Of a stretch of 60,614 bases of DNA, positions 12,176 through 60,614 are shown piece by piece. Position 1 is the first letter of the stretch. Each line of letters begins with the position of its first letter. The notes under the pieces are model-generated. The model saw only the letters and a list, made by a program, of their open reading frames with translations, was not told the DNA's origin and did not search any database. The position numbers were made by a program, and so were the translations under genes. Source of the stretch: Tubiluchus corallicola (lineage: Eukaryota > Animalia > Priapulida); NCBI GenBank assembly GCA_030141605.1, contig JAQGDQ010001128.1:1-60614 (forward strand). The letters are read 5' to 3'.

Positions 12176-12221
12176 CATCATCATCATCATCATCATCATC
12201 ATCGTTATCATCATCATCATT

Positions 12222-12306
<85 letters not shown>

Positions 12307-12368
12307 CCATTATCATCATCATCATCATCATCAGCATCATCATCATCATCACCATTATCATCATCATA
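12176..12368. repeat. (ATC)n microsatellite
   Basis: Direct inspection; source of the poly-H/I/M ORFs. Confidence 0.97.
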
Positions 12369-12890
12369 AGCTCCATTACTAATGAAGTCACCGTCATTGG
12401 TATCATCGCCGTGAATACGCTGTTGTTGTCACAGTCGTTAATAATTTGTATGGAACCTGTTTTTAGATTTGATGGTTCGCTCACAGTTAATTTTTTTGTT
12501 GTACAAAATACAGACTACAGAATAAAGTAAAACAATCGTTTACATTATATTGATTTTTATATAATAAGTATTATATTCTGAATAATATCAAAAACACTTT
12601 TCACGTTTATTTTAACAATTATTTTTATTGCACAGCAACAAGCCGTCAGTTTGCCAGTAGCTCAGGTTTTGTAACAATCCACGGATATATTTGTCACCCC
12701 GGGGCAAGACTATGTATTTCTTGAACATACCACGACAAATGTTTCGGGGTAATGAACTGGAATTTCAGAAATAATGTGTATCCAACAGTCTTTAGAAACT
12801 TACCGCGATAGTTGCTATCTTCATTTTGTAAGACCAAAGAACTATTCGGTTGTTAATGAGCGGGTTCTTTTTCAAGTGTCGCTCTGTAAC

Positions 12891-49295
<36,405 letters not shown>

Positions 49296-51232
49296 TCTTT
49301 CACCACTTTGACACCTGTAAAACAAATACGTCTGCACATGTTCCAAAGCCAGAGATTGGTCTGTCAATCCCACAATGTAACCATCAAAGTAAAGTCTCCA
49401 TGGAACATTATGACCCAAATGTAGAGCAAATAATTCATAACAAGGATATACATCCGTTTTCTACAATGTACGTAGATTTTCTACAAAATTTAAAATTTAG
49501 TAAAAAAAATTACTGTACGCTACGATCAGTTAAGAGCAGTTCCCGAGAAGCTATAATATGTATTAGAAAGGTGTTAAGTTGTAAAATACGTCTCGTCTGC
49601 ATTTGAATTGTCAATTATGCCATTAAAGTGTTTTAATGAAAAAGATTTTGCTAGATTTTGGGTCTCGTTCAGAACATGAAGTCACAATACACTGATCGTA
49701 GAATGTCAATCAACCAGCAGAGGTCCACCTCGCAATGACCAATGAAGAGCTTTTTTAGCGCCTACTGTTCTTTGATTGTTGGGGTCTGGGATTGCGGCGA
49801 GCTTTAGTCACACGCCCAGCAATATTTGAACTTAAAGTTTATACGAAATAGCGGCTAAAGCTTGTGCTCATGATCATTTTTGCTTTTATAAATTATATAT
49901 ATATTATTCTTGCCATAAAAAACCTTGTGCAACTAAAATTCGTTAATAGTGGTGAAGAATGGTGAAACGTTGTGCTTGGGGCACGTGTAATGTGGGTATT
50001 CGCTATCCAGAAAGATTAGGAGGAGTTCGACTTTTCTCAACCCAAAAAACACTTATATAAGTGTCACCCTTGCGGGACAGAGCTTGCGGGAGGCCACATG
50101 AATAGCTCAAATCATTAAAAATTAATAAAAATCGTTCTGCCTGCTCAAAGAGAAATTTTCTAATGTTTTATTATTACATTGTACTATTATTTATTGCTGC
50201 TGGCTACTTGTAGAATGTATCCTGGTATATCAGGACTTACCGCACTGCAACAACATATTCCAGAAACTGTACAACAAAAAAAACAGGATTTCGTTGGTTG
50301 AGAATGAACGTACAGTAATATATTTAAATAATTCAGCTGGGCTAACTTACTTGATTTTTATTTAATTTAGTCAGTTTTCGTGTTTAAGTTCGAATTAGGC
50401 ACTAAAAAATTGTTCTTGGTGTAAGTAAAAGCGTTAATGTAAAGCAAAGCTACTACATCATTTCATATTTGTTATTTTATTACTTTGTTGTAACTTTTAT
50501 TATAATTAACATTTTTATTGAAACGATGTTTGAAACTTCGCAATAAATCTTGATATACGTAGTGCACATATCCTTGCGTATAATAATTAAGTCCTCTTTG
50601 TAAGGATTTGCTAAGCAAGTTCTTATAGTTTTGTTGGTATCACAATAATACAATTTCTGGAATCGCTGATAAATTGCTTAAAATTCTTCATGTTTTTTTT
50701 ACCCCTTGTTAGATACTGTAGCAGCTTGCAGCGGGTGAGTGTTTGTGAGAACGTGTGTTAAGTGATTAAAGTGGGCGGGGCTAAACTCCGCTTTCCATCT
50801 ATCGATATTACATCTGTTAAGAGAGTGTGAATTACCCGAGTAATGGGAAAAATAACAGCCAAATTAACAAACAATAAATAAGCAAATATGTAATAGAATT
50901 ATCCTTATTTGGCAAATAAATGTAATTACGTCAAAATAGAATTTACTGCCGACAATTTCGAAGAAAAGTGGTCACTATCAAGGCATATAAAACAAAGAAA
51001 TTTGCCAGAATTTAGAAACAACATCGAAATGCAATTCAGTAGTTAGTAGCCAAAACATATGATATATTATACAGAAAATTTAACAATTCGCCCTACTGAC
51101 TACATACCTTGATTGGTATGAAACTATGAACACTCCATAACAAACATTATGTTAGTAGTAACAAAGGTGTGAATTTTAGGGAGCTGCCATTTTGTTACTA
51201 AAATTTACAAACCTCAGTGCACTATTGATGTT

Positions 51233-52021
51233 GTACAAACTCGATTGCACTTCAATAGTAGAGAATGCACATATGTACTGAACGATTGCACTTCAATAGT
51301 AGAGAATGCACATATGTACAAATCGATTTCACTTCAATAGTAGAGAATGCACATATGTACTGATCGATTGCACTTCAATAGTAGAGAATGCACATATGTA
51401 CTGATCGATTGCACTTCAATAGTAGAGAATGCACATATGTACTGATCGATTGCACTTCAATAGTAGAGAATGCACATATGTACAAATCGATTGCACTTCA
51501 ATAGTAGAGAATGCACATATGTACTGATCGATTGCACTTCAATAGTAGAGAATGCACATATGTACAAATCGATTTCACTTCAATAGTAGAGAATGCACAT
51601 ATGTACTGATCGATTGCACTTCAATAGTAGAGAATGCACATATGTACTGATCGATTGCACTTCAATAGTAGAGAATGCACATATGTACTGATCGATTGCA
51701 CTTCAATAGTAGAGAATGCACATATGTACAAATCGATTGCACTTCAATAGTAGAGAATGTACATATGTACAAATCGATTGCACTTCAATAGTAGAGAATG
51801 CACATATGTACTGATCGATTGCACTTCAATAGTAGAGAATGCACATATGTACAAATCGATTGCACTTCAATAGTAGAGAATGCACATATGTACTGATCGA
51901 TTGCAATTCAATAGTAGAGAATGCACATATGTACTGATCGATTGCAATTCAATAGTAGAGAATGCACATATGTACTGATCGATTGCATTTCAATAGTAGA
52001 GAATGCACATATGTACTGATC
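51233..52021. repeat. 41-bp minisatellite, about 19 copies
   Basis: Unit ATCGATTGCACTTCAATAGTAGAGAATGCACATATGTAC(TG/AA). Confidence 0.97.
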
Positions 52022-52562
52022 TTTGCCGTTTAACCGGTCCGCAGTGAATTCCATTTTGCCATAACTATTTAATAATAAAATGAATTTTAACATAAAGTTT
52101 ATAGTATTCTATCTATCCATTAAACTTGCGTTTTACCAAGTCCTTCTTAATTCTTTGTGATCTGTTTCTAACAGAAATTTCCCAAGCCTTCCTTTCTGTT
52201 CTGATAGAAATGTTTCTTGAGAAAACGGGTAACTATTTAATACAGGCCCAAGATATGTTTAAGTTCGTCAAATATTATGTAAATAAGAGACGATATCTGA
52301 TGTGCGCTATCAAGAATAAAGTAAAAGAGAGAGTTCAGCTGTTCCTCCGTCAAAGCGCAAACTCTCTTTGTTGTTTCTTGTTGTTCAGGTGTGCAGGTAG
52401 AAGGTGATAACACGAGACCTCCCATAAGTACCATTTCTGGGTCACCCCAAGTGAAGAGATACGAAGCATCCGTATTTATGCAAGAGTCCAACAATCCTTC
52501 TAAAAACAAAAACATAATTACAAACGTCAGACTCATGAAAAATCCTCACGTACGTTATGCTT

Positions 52563-52943
52563 AATAAGCTTTTCAGAGTTTCGTTGTGCGCACGCGCAGT
52601 TGTTGTAGGTCAAAGGTTTAGTGTAGTAGGTCAAAGGTTGAGTGCACCACAGCAACGCGTCTTAAATACAATCGTAGCGTGAAATCTGTGTAAAGCACAG
52701 GCCTCTGCCACATCAGTTCAGTAGCTTTAGTTGTTTTACATGAACTTTACTTAACTATGCATTAGTCCGTGCGTTACTAGGAGGATCTTGCTTGGGAACA
52801 GGAAAAAACCAACTAGGTAAAGTTCTAGCTAGCTATTAAAATGTTACTATTACAGTAACATGGTGTATGAGGCGGTGTCAAGTGTACACAAATGCACAGT
52901 CTACTGTAGTACACTCATCAAAAATCGCTGGAAAGGGCTTATT
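52563..52943 (-). mobile_element. MITE copy (AATAAGCC-TIR family), reverse orientation
   Basis: The reverse complement aligns with 34701-35072; ends AATAAGCTTTTCA...GAAAGGGCTTATT. Confidence 0.75.
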
Positions 52944-53552
52944 AGAATTGGATAAAAGTGAGCACTTACAATCTAAATTTTCAATGATTGCCACAAAGGT
53001 CACATTTTTAACTCACTTTCGGTCTCGGCCGATGTCCGAATACGAATAATGCGAAAACTGTGTAAAATTTGTCACACTGTTGTGATACAAGAGTCTTTAG
53101 ATCACAATGAAATATTATTATCACTGTTATTGCAGCTGGGGTTTTGTCAGCTCATATAGCATCAATTTCACATCTTTAATTTAAATTTAATTTAATTGAC
53201 ATTAATTATAGAAAGTATCAGACAGTGGCGGCAGTTTACTACATATAATATAGACAAAATAAAGAATAAGCTTAGTTGGAACCAGACCCAAACTGTTTAT
53301 AATATTCACCAACAAGGGTTTTACTTGCTTACATCTTCAAACCTGGATTAGAAACAACTTCTGTGTCTGTATAAAACGAATTTTCAGAAAAAAATGAATC
53401 GAAGCTTTTCTACTAAGTGTTTATGACTGGTAATTTTATATAGCTAATTTATAACGGAGCCTTTCAGTTCTGGAGCAGGTCCTATTGTATCGTTGATATG
53501 AAAGATATCTGTTGCGAGGAATCTGTTCCGCTCTGTTCAGGGAGGGTTCATG

Positions 53553-53943
53553 AAGAAGCCGTTTCACAGTTCCAGTGATTGATGATGATCGTGAAAAGGT
53601 GAAAGGTTAAGTGTACCAGACAATGCATTTGTGTACACTTGACAATGCGTGACGGCCTAGGCTGATGTAATAGTAACAGCATTAACAGCTAGCTAGAACC
53701 TTACCTCGTTCATTTTTTTTGTTCTCAAGCAAAGTCCTGCTAGTAAATCACTCAATGCACGGACTAATGCATTATTGCGTGAAGTCCACGTAAAACAACT
53801 GAAGTTACTGAACTGGTGCGGCAGACGGTTTTGTTTAATCCACACGTCGCGTGGCCGTTGTAGTTAAGATGCGTTGCTGTGGTACACTTAACCTTTGACC
53901 AACAGCAACCGTGCGTGAAAACGAAACTGTGAAAAGGCTTATT
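53553..53943 (+). mobile_element. MITE copy (AATAAGCC-TIR family)
   Basis: AAGAAGCCGTTTCACAGTT...GAAACTGTGAAAAGGCTTATT. Confidence 0.8.
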
Positions 53944-54264
53944 AAATTAATTTGCATGTGCACAAGGGAGCTGGTTATTCAAAATCGTTTTACTCGCAAA
54001 TCCGAAACATGGGACAAGATTACTTGCATAATACTTTGGGAGGCCCAATAGAATTTACTACTGATATCGTCGTTCCACGGCCAACTAGCATTGTACATGT
54101 ATATTTCGGAAAATATGAAGGAAATATATATATAGCGAAAATATAGACATTTGTGAGGTACTATACAAAAAATTTTAAGTGGGGATCACGTAAACTGTGC
54201 AAGTTTTGATTATTTTTGGCAGCAGCAAGTAGAGGGGGAAGTTTCCCGCTATGATTATAGAGGC

Positions 54265-56290
54265 ATGGTGCCCCTTGCTATAAACTGTAACTTTACAATG
54301 GATGAACTAAACATTGCAATAAAAGAAACAGTCACGCAGGGCAAAAGCACCGACTGCGATGGTTTTCATCCACTGATGGTTAAACACCTTGGCTTCTGGG
54401 CCAAGGCGGTCTTTCTATACTTGTGTAATCTTTGTTTAAGTAAAAGCGAGTGGGTTTGGCGTGAATCCAATGTAATATTCATTAAAAAGGAAGGCAAAAC
54501 AAATTATACGGATCCTGGTAGCTTTCGACCCCTGACGCTCTCATCCTATTTTGGCAAATTTGCTGAACGTTTACTGTCAAATCGATTGAGAACTTACATG
54601 TTTGAAAATGATCTTATAGACGAAGTGCAGGAAGGTTTCATGGCAGGTCGCAATACTGGTCGGTATTTGATTCGCTTAATATCAAATATTCAAAAGCATT
54701 TACTACAAAATGATGTCTGTCTGTCTATCTGCTGTGATTTCCAGCGCTCTTTTGACAGCGTCTGGTTGGATGGTCTACTGTTTAAGCTATATGAGGCCGG
54801 CTTTAAAGGTAGAATTCTGGGTCTTATTAAGACTTTTCTATATACAAGGAGTGTGCGCATCAAGGTCAATAACTATACTTCTCAGGAATACTGTTGTAAG
54901 ATAGGTCTGCCACAGGGGTCAGTCATCTCCCCGGTGCTATTTAATTTTTATGTGTTCGACATGTTTGACGAAATCTTAGCAATATCAAATACTAATAATT
55001 TTAAATATGCAGATGACGGAACACTACATGTAGCTTGCTCTTCCGAAAATGAAACGCTTAGAACTAGTCAGCTGTGCTGTGATAAACTCTATAATTGGTG
55101 TTTTAAATGGCAGCAAATACTAAATTGCTCGCAAAAAAAACTGAAGTAATTCCATTTGGAACTAATGTTAGTTACGTGCAAAGTAGTAAAGTTTTAGGAG
55201 TTACAATCGACAGTAATTTGTCATTTGAAAATCATGTAAGTAAGGTTAGAAGACAAGCTTGGAATAGGTGGATGTCAATTAAGCGTAAGAGCATGCTGTA
55301 TAAAGGTTTCAGTCTCAATGTTATCATTGCTCTATTTAAGACTTTAGTTTTACCAATTATAATGCATGCTGCTCCAGCCTGGATGGTAAGAAAGCACTCA
55401 TTGTTTGACGATCTGTTGTATGACGTTATGAAAACTGCTACTGGTTGTCACTTTCACCCCTCAAAAGACAAACTAGAGTTAATTTGTGGGCTACCCCCAC
55501 TTGATATTATATTTAAGGGAATCACAGTAAAATTTGTGCTAAAATATCTAGCAATGTCGGATTCAGATTTAGTCAAAGGTCATATAATAGAGATTGGTCG
55601 TGATCCCACAATCGGTCATAGACATTTCATTCGAGAATTACTGGCTTCTAGTGGTCAGTATTTAAAATTATGTAAAAATTATAATTCACGCACTATTGAT
55701 TACGGTACAAAAAACAGGATATTGAGCATTTTATGTCACACCTATGGAAAATAGAATGCGATCTAGCTATCAAAGCCAGGAATTATCTATTCTTCCTGAA
55801 AATGTACTTTTAAATCCACTAGACCTTCCTTTTCATACAGGTAGCAGAAATCTTGTAGCATTTTACTAGGACAACGTACCTTTAAAGATTTTCTTTTCAA
55901 AATTGGATACATACATGAAAATGCCTGTATATGTTCAGAGGAAGCACAAACAGTTGAACTTTTGCTTTTTAATTGTACTTTGGTCGACGAAAATAAAAGG
56001 TTAGCGCCTTAGTTACCTAAAAATTTATACCTCTCATGACAAAAACCTGCTAGATGCTTTCACTGAGTTAGTTTGTGATCCGTTTTTGCAAACTTTAGTA
56101 TAAAATATTAAACTTTGCGTAACAGATCAAATCTGTAGACATCTAATTTTTCTGTTTCTAGTCACTTTTATATTATACAGGTCGTTTTGTGTAAACTGGT
56201 ACTATTTGATTTTAGTTGTTCTTTTATATTATTTTGAGGTACGAAATCCGTGATTTATTGGTATTTAAAAGTCTCATGAATGTAACAGCT
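54265..56290 (+). mobile_element. 5'-truncated LINE (RT plus C-terminal zinc-knuckle remnant; clade uncertain, Jockey/I-group-like)
   Basis: ORFs 54265-55149 and 55107-55754 (SFRPLTL, QEGF, DFQRSFDSVW, GLPQGSVISP, YADD, KVLGVTID) are split at an A-run; a C-x-C...QTV..LLF.C remnant lies near 55920-55980. Confidence 0.88.
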
Positions 56291-56307
56291 ATTTTATTTA
56301 CAAAAGT

Positions 56308-57562
56308 TTAGATAAGATAAGATAAAATAAGATAAGATAAGATAAGATAAGATAAGATAAGATAAGATAAGATAAGATAAGATAAGATAAGATAAGATAA
56401 TATTTATTTTCATCGGTATGATATAAAACAGTACATATTTGTAGAAACATGAGCTTAAAGCTCGTAAACCGATATCAAACATAATGTATATGAGCGATAA
56501 CATGGTAATAATATGTACTTCTTAAAAATCTTTTGGATGCCAGAAGAGGTATTGGTACAAGAAAAAAAATTATAACTACATGAAGACAGTAAAAAATTGA
56601 GACAGTAAAATTTTTGGCAGGAACATTTTCTAAAATTTACTCAAAAAGCTATCTAGGTCAATAAAATTTTTCCTGCCAACACATTCAGCATTTAATTACG
56701 ACTTAACAAAATTGGGAAGTTTGCTGAATTTACAAATGTCACATTTACATGATACACCAGTCCATGAGTTAATTACACGTTTAAATTCCCCAAGATTTTC
56801 GGCCATTCGGAGACAGTTTGGTAATTCATTCCACAATGTGGCCCCGTAATAGGAGAAACTTTTCTTGCCATATGTGACACCATCATATGTAGGGTGTTCT
56901 GCAGTGTTCATTTTTCTGGGGAAGTAGCGGTTTTGCTTTCGTTCCTCTATCAGTCCATAGAGATAGGACGGGCAGTTTTTGGACAAAATCTTGAATACTT
57001 CGATAGCAATGAGACGTTGTCTCTGAAGTTGAAGAGACACAAAATTGTCTTTAAACAATAGATTTTCGTAGGTACTTTCGAAATCATTATAAACTAGACG
57101 GAGCGCTCTGAAATTCAAACGCTCTAACTTCTGGCTGTTTAATTTACTACAGAAATGCCAGATTACGGGGCAGAAATTAAAATTCGACTTGACAAACGAA
57201 AGGTAGACGAGTTTTCGACATTTTACCGACAGGTTTCGCCCAATACGGCGTAGAACATTAATCTGTTTAGCTGCTTTTTTGCACAGGGCTGAAATGTGCG
57301 AGTCAAAGTTCAGGCGATAGTCTATATTTACACCAAAAAGTTTCACCTCATCCGTACATTCAATATCCGCTCCTTTGATGTTGAAAGTAGGTTTCAGGTC
57401 GTGTGTAATTTTGCCCACAGCAATCCCCTGAAACTTCCCCGGATTTTGGTTCCATCTGGTTGGAAGCAAACTAGTCGACCAGTGCGTTACTTTCAACCTC
57501 TAAGGTTTGTTTCATATCATTAAATGATTTACTGGAGCAAGAAACAGTATTATCATCAGCTG
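56308..57562 (-). mobile_element. 5'-truncated CR1/L2-group (Crack-like) LINE with a (TCTTA)n tail
   Basis: Starts at ADDNT; ORF 56696-57496 (NPGKFQ, KLFGVNID..LNF..HI, GATLWNELP, terminal CxCxxC); AATAAA then a pentanucleotide tail at 56308-56400. Confidence 0.88.
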
Positions 57563-57632
57563 TACTAAAGTGATCTGCAAATAGAGGGCTTATTGTATCA
57601 TTTTCAATAAAGATTTTTAATAATAATAATAA

Positions 57633-57942
57633 TCTCTTTCCATTCTCACCCTCTCTGCCTTTCCCTCTCTCACCTCTCTTTCAAAATCTGTCTCCCTACT
57701 TTCTTTACTCCTCTCTTACTCCTCCCTCCTATCCGCTCTCTCCACTCTGCCTTTCCCTCTCCCACCTCTCTTTCAAAATCTGTCTTCCTACTTTCTTTTT
57801 TCTCTCTTACTCCCCCTCCTCTCCACTCTGCCTTTGTCTCTCCCACCTCTGTTTTAATATCTGTCTTCCTACTTTCTTTTTTCTCTCTTACTCCCCCCTC
57901 CTCTCCGCTCTCTCCATTCTCTCCTTTTCCTCTCCCTCCCTC
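57633..57942. repeat. CT-rich low-complexity repeat (about 95-bp unit, 3 copies)
   Basis: CTCTGCCTTTCCCTCTC...AAAATCTGTCT...CTACTTTCTTT recurs three times. Confidence 0.8.
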
Positions 57943-58284
57943 AATTACAATGCTGTTTAAGGTAACACGAGTTTCCTACACATTTTCATTAAAAACAATA
58001 CCAACAGTTGTTGACAAAATAAATAAACAGACAGCTGTATTTTCCCCCAAAAAATTCACACCCACGAATAACGAAACGTTCAAACATAATTGGCTACATC
58101 TATCCGTCATCGTTGCCTCAACGTACCGACGGCAAACATTTATACTGTAATAACTGTTCCGACAACCTCTACCACAAAAATTAAATGTTTTCAATAATAA
58201 ACGTGGAGTAAAGTTGATGATAACCAAGCGTTACCTACATTGAAAGTGATATCAAGGGAATGAATCGAGGAAGAAAAGTGTCAT

Positions 58285-59112
58285 GGTACGGCAACGTGGC
58301 GGCAACATGGCGGCAACGTGGCGTTTAACTAAACTTAAATTAGCTCATAACATCTCTAAACTGTTCACTTATTCATACGATGAGAGTGCTAGAATAATTT
58401 CAGTAAATCATAATGTTACATACTTTGATGTTATACGTAGGTAAATGGCTTACAGTTTGTACATGAGAGTAATGTGTAGCACAAATTCATTAATTAAACT
58501 GGCACAAAATGAATTACAATAAGAATTGAACAAACGAGCTTTAACGCTATTTGTACAATGATTAAATTTTCTCAAGATACTGTTTGCTCTAACATAGTAA
58601 ATATTTCTTTGCCTAATAATATCAATATCTCTAGAAATTATGTGGCCAAGATATTTCTCCGTTCCGTACGGACGAATTACGCTACCAGCTACAGTAATGG
58701 ATCCAAAAATGAACTGGCGCAGCGTAGCGGGACTTACGTATTCGCTAGAGTTTGTTAAGCTGATGTAGTTGAAGCTAACAAACATCCATCGTCTGCAAAC
58801 ATCAAGTGATTGATGTAAGTATTTCCAATTTGGCAGCCAAGACTGCTTGATGTAAGACCAATGCTTAAGTCCCGAAAGTATTGATTAAATAAAATAGGCG
58901 ACATTTTAGCGCCTTGACGAACTCCATTTCCGACCCTAAACGTTACAGAATTAAAATTACCACATCTTACTAACATGCTTTGTTGTGAATAATAAAACGT
59001 TAGTAAAGGAATAACAATATTTGGAAAATCAGTATTTGTTAGTTTTAAAAACAGTTTATAGTAATTTACTCTATCAAAAGCTTTTGACGCATCCAAAAAT
59101 GAAATGCGAACT
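58285..59112 (-). mobile_element. RTEX-like LINE fragment (same family as 19285-24037) with its 3' part inverted
   Basis: Minus strand 59110-58503 reads FLDASKAFDRVNYYK...HLMFADDGCLLAS...RLFNSYCNSF. Plus strand 58285-58502 carries the continuation KLKLAHNISK...YFDVIRR*MAYSLYMRVM. Confidence 0.88.
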
Positions 59113-59137
59113 GTGGACTCTCCCTAATTTGCAGGTA

Positions 59138-59372
59138 AGTAAGCTGTTACGTATTGCTTATTTAAGCATACATAAGCTTACACATGCTGTTACATAATGC
59201 TTATTTAAGCATACATAAGCTTACATAAGCTGTTACGTATTGCTTATTTAAGCAAACATAAGCTTACATATGCTGTTATATAATGCTTATTTAAGTATAC
59301 ATAAGCTTACATAAGCTGTTACATAATGCTTATTTAAGCATACATAAGCTTACCTAACCTGTTACATAATGC
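59138..59372. repeat. 43-bp tandem repeat, about 5.5 copies
   Basis: Unit GCTGTTAC(G/A)TA(T/A)TGCTTATTTAAGCATACATAAGCTTACA(T/C)A(A/T). Confidence 0.92.
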
Positions 59373-59556
59373 TCTTGTTTATAATTAACAATAATTGAAC
59401 TCCTTTTTAATTATTTAAAGTAATTTAAACCTTGGTCTACTACTAGAGATTATGATCTGGTTTAGTCATTATTTTATGTACGATTATTTGGCTTAAAGTA
59501 GCTTTATAGTCTCAACTGCCACTGTGAGAAAGTTTTTGTTGTCCTGCTGCCATGAT

Positions 59557-59648
59557 TTATGATCTTAATAAACTTGTCCACAAGTGTTGGGAATCGCTGT
59601 TCAGAAGATGTATTCCTTGTCTGCAGAATTCTTCTAATAATTCCCAAC
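59557..59648 (-). CDS. TTLL4: Second TTLL4-like paralogue, terminal exon
   Basis: aacttccag|GT TGG GAA... GWELLEEFCRQGIHLLNSDSQHLWTSLLRS*; phase 1 matches the exon at 60383; resembles the TTLL4 G..LL...C.KG.H segment. Confidence 0.82.
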
Positions 59649-59741
59649 CTGGAAGTTATAAAAAGTTTCTTAATGCATGTAACACTGTGATAGTCTTCAA
59701 AATAACTAAACATCTGAGCCCAAAAAATCAATAGAGCTGCT

Positions 59742-60075
59742 AATAAGTCTTTTGATGACGATCATGAAAAGGTCAAAGGTTAAGTGTACCAGAAAACATA
59801 TTTGTGTACACTTGACAACGCCAACAAGTGTAACAGTTTTAACAGCTAGCTAGAACCTTACCTAGTTCATTTTCTTGTTCAAAAGCAAGATCCTGCTAGT
59901 AAATCACTCTACACACAGAACTAATGCATAATTAAGTAAAATCCAAGTAAAACAGCTGTTGTTACTGTACTAATGCGGCAAACGGCTTTACTTTACACAC
60001 ATGTCAGGTGACAGTTGTAGTTAGGCGGCCGTGGTACTTAACCCTTTACCTACACTAAACTGTGAAAGGCATATT
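59742..60075 (+). mobile_element. MITE copy (AATAAGCC-TIR family), degenerate, in the last intron of the paralogue
   Basis: GATCATGAAAAGGTCAAAGGTTAAGTGTACCAGA...AACTGTGAAAGGCATATT. Confidence 0.75.
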
Positions 60076-60382
60076 AATGGGGAGTTTGCAAGAAAGCAAG
60101 CAACAGTTCAATCGCATTTTGGTTGCACAAACTAAGTCATTCTTACTTCATTAGCTACATCTGTGTTGATATTTCTGGTGAGAGTTTTCCACACTGGATG
60201 AGCAAGAGTGAAGCATCTCCCTCTAATCAGTCTGCTTTTATGCTGGCAATTTCACTTGCCTCATAGAAAAACAGGAGTTCCCTTTTTACATCTTAGTAAA
60301 AGACCCAGTTGGGAAGTCTCCCTCAAGGAAATCGACGGGAGGTCCAGAATGTCAACTCTCATAAACTCATGTAGACTGTTAC

Positions 60383-60593
60383 CTTTCTGTGGCTGATAAT
60401 GGTACTTTTTCGTCCAGGCGTCTAGAAGCAAGTTGGTATAGCGATTTTGCTCAAAATATTTGAAGTATTTATGAGATGACAGACTAGGAAAGATGCGCTG
60501 AAAACCTCCACGTCTCTGATATTCATCTTCTGTTTCTACAAGTTCACGTACATCAGCTGGTGTGAGATCATCTAGAATATTTGAACTCACATT
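60383..60593 (-). CDS. TTLL4: Second TTLL4-like paralogue, penultimate exon (gene continues beyond the window)
   Basis: tttacag|NVSSNILDDLTPADVRELVETEDEYQRRGGFQRIFPS...NLLLDAWTKKYHYQPQK|gtaaca; 211 nt and phase 0-1, identical to exon 14 of the + strand gene. Confidence 0.93.
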
Positions 60594-60614
60594 CTGTAAA
60601 CAAATTGAAAATGC

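Overview
Eukaryotic (probably invertebrate animal; species cannot be determined from this window), AT-rich, repeat-dense DNA. The main gene is largely missed by the ORF track: a 15-exon + strand gene (CDS 12891-49295, 563 aa by manual splicing, all introns GT-AG with compatible phases) encoding a TTLL4-like tubulin glutamylase (ATP-grasp) catalytic domain. The long cytosolic N-terminus is replaced by a signal peptide and a short acidic/KR pro-segment, and the donor-glutamate pocket and E-x-N motif are altered. The last two exons of a second TTLL4-like paralogue lie convergently at the right edge (59557-60593, -). Head-to-head on the left is a secreted Kunitz-like gene (signal exon 7651-7744; Kunitz exon about 6159-6388, -) broken by a template-switch-type inversion that leaves a perfect 23-bp hairpin. 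The rest is transposon debris (Gypsy integrase, BEL/Pao, a near full-length RTEX-like LINE inside a (CA)n tract, other LINE pieces, Harbinger, two MITE families) and tandem arrays (15, 36, 37/38, 40, 41, 43, 65, 130 bp units) plus microsatellites. Gene models are hand-spliced and family assignments rest on recalled motifs; no database search was run.
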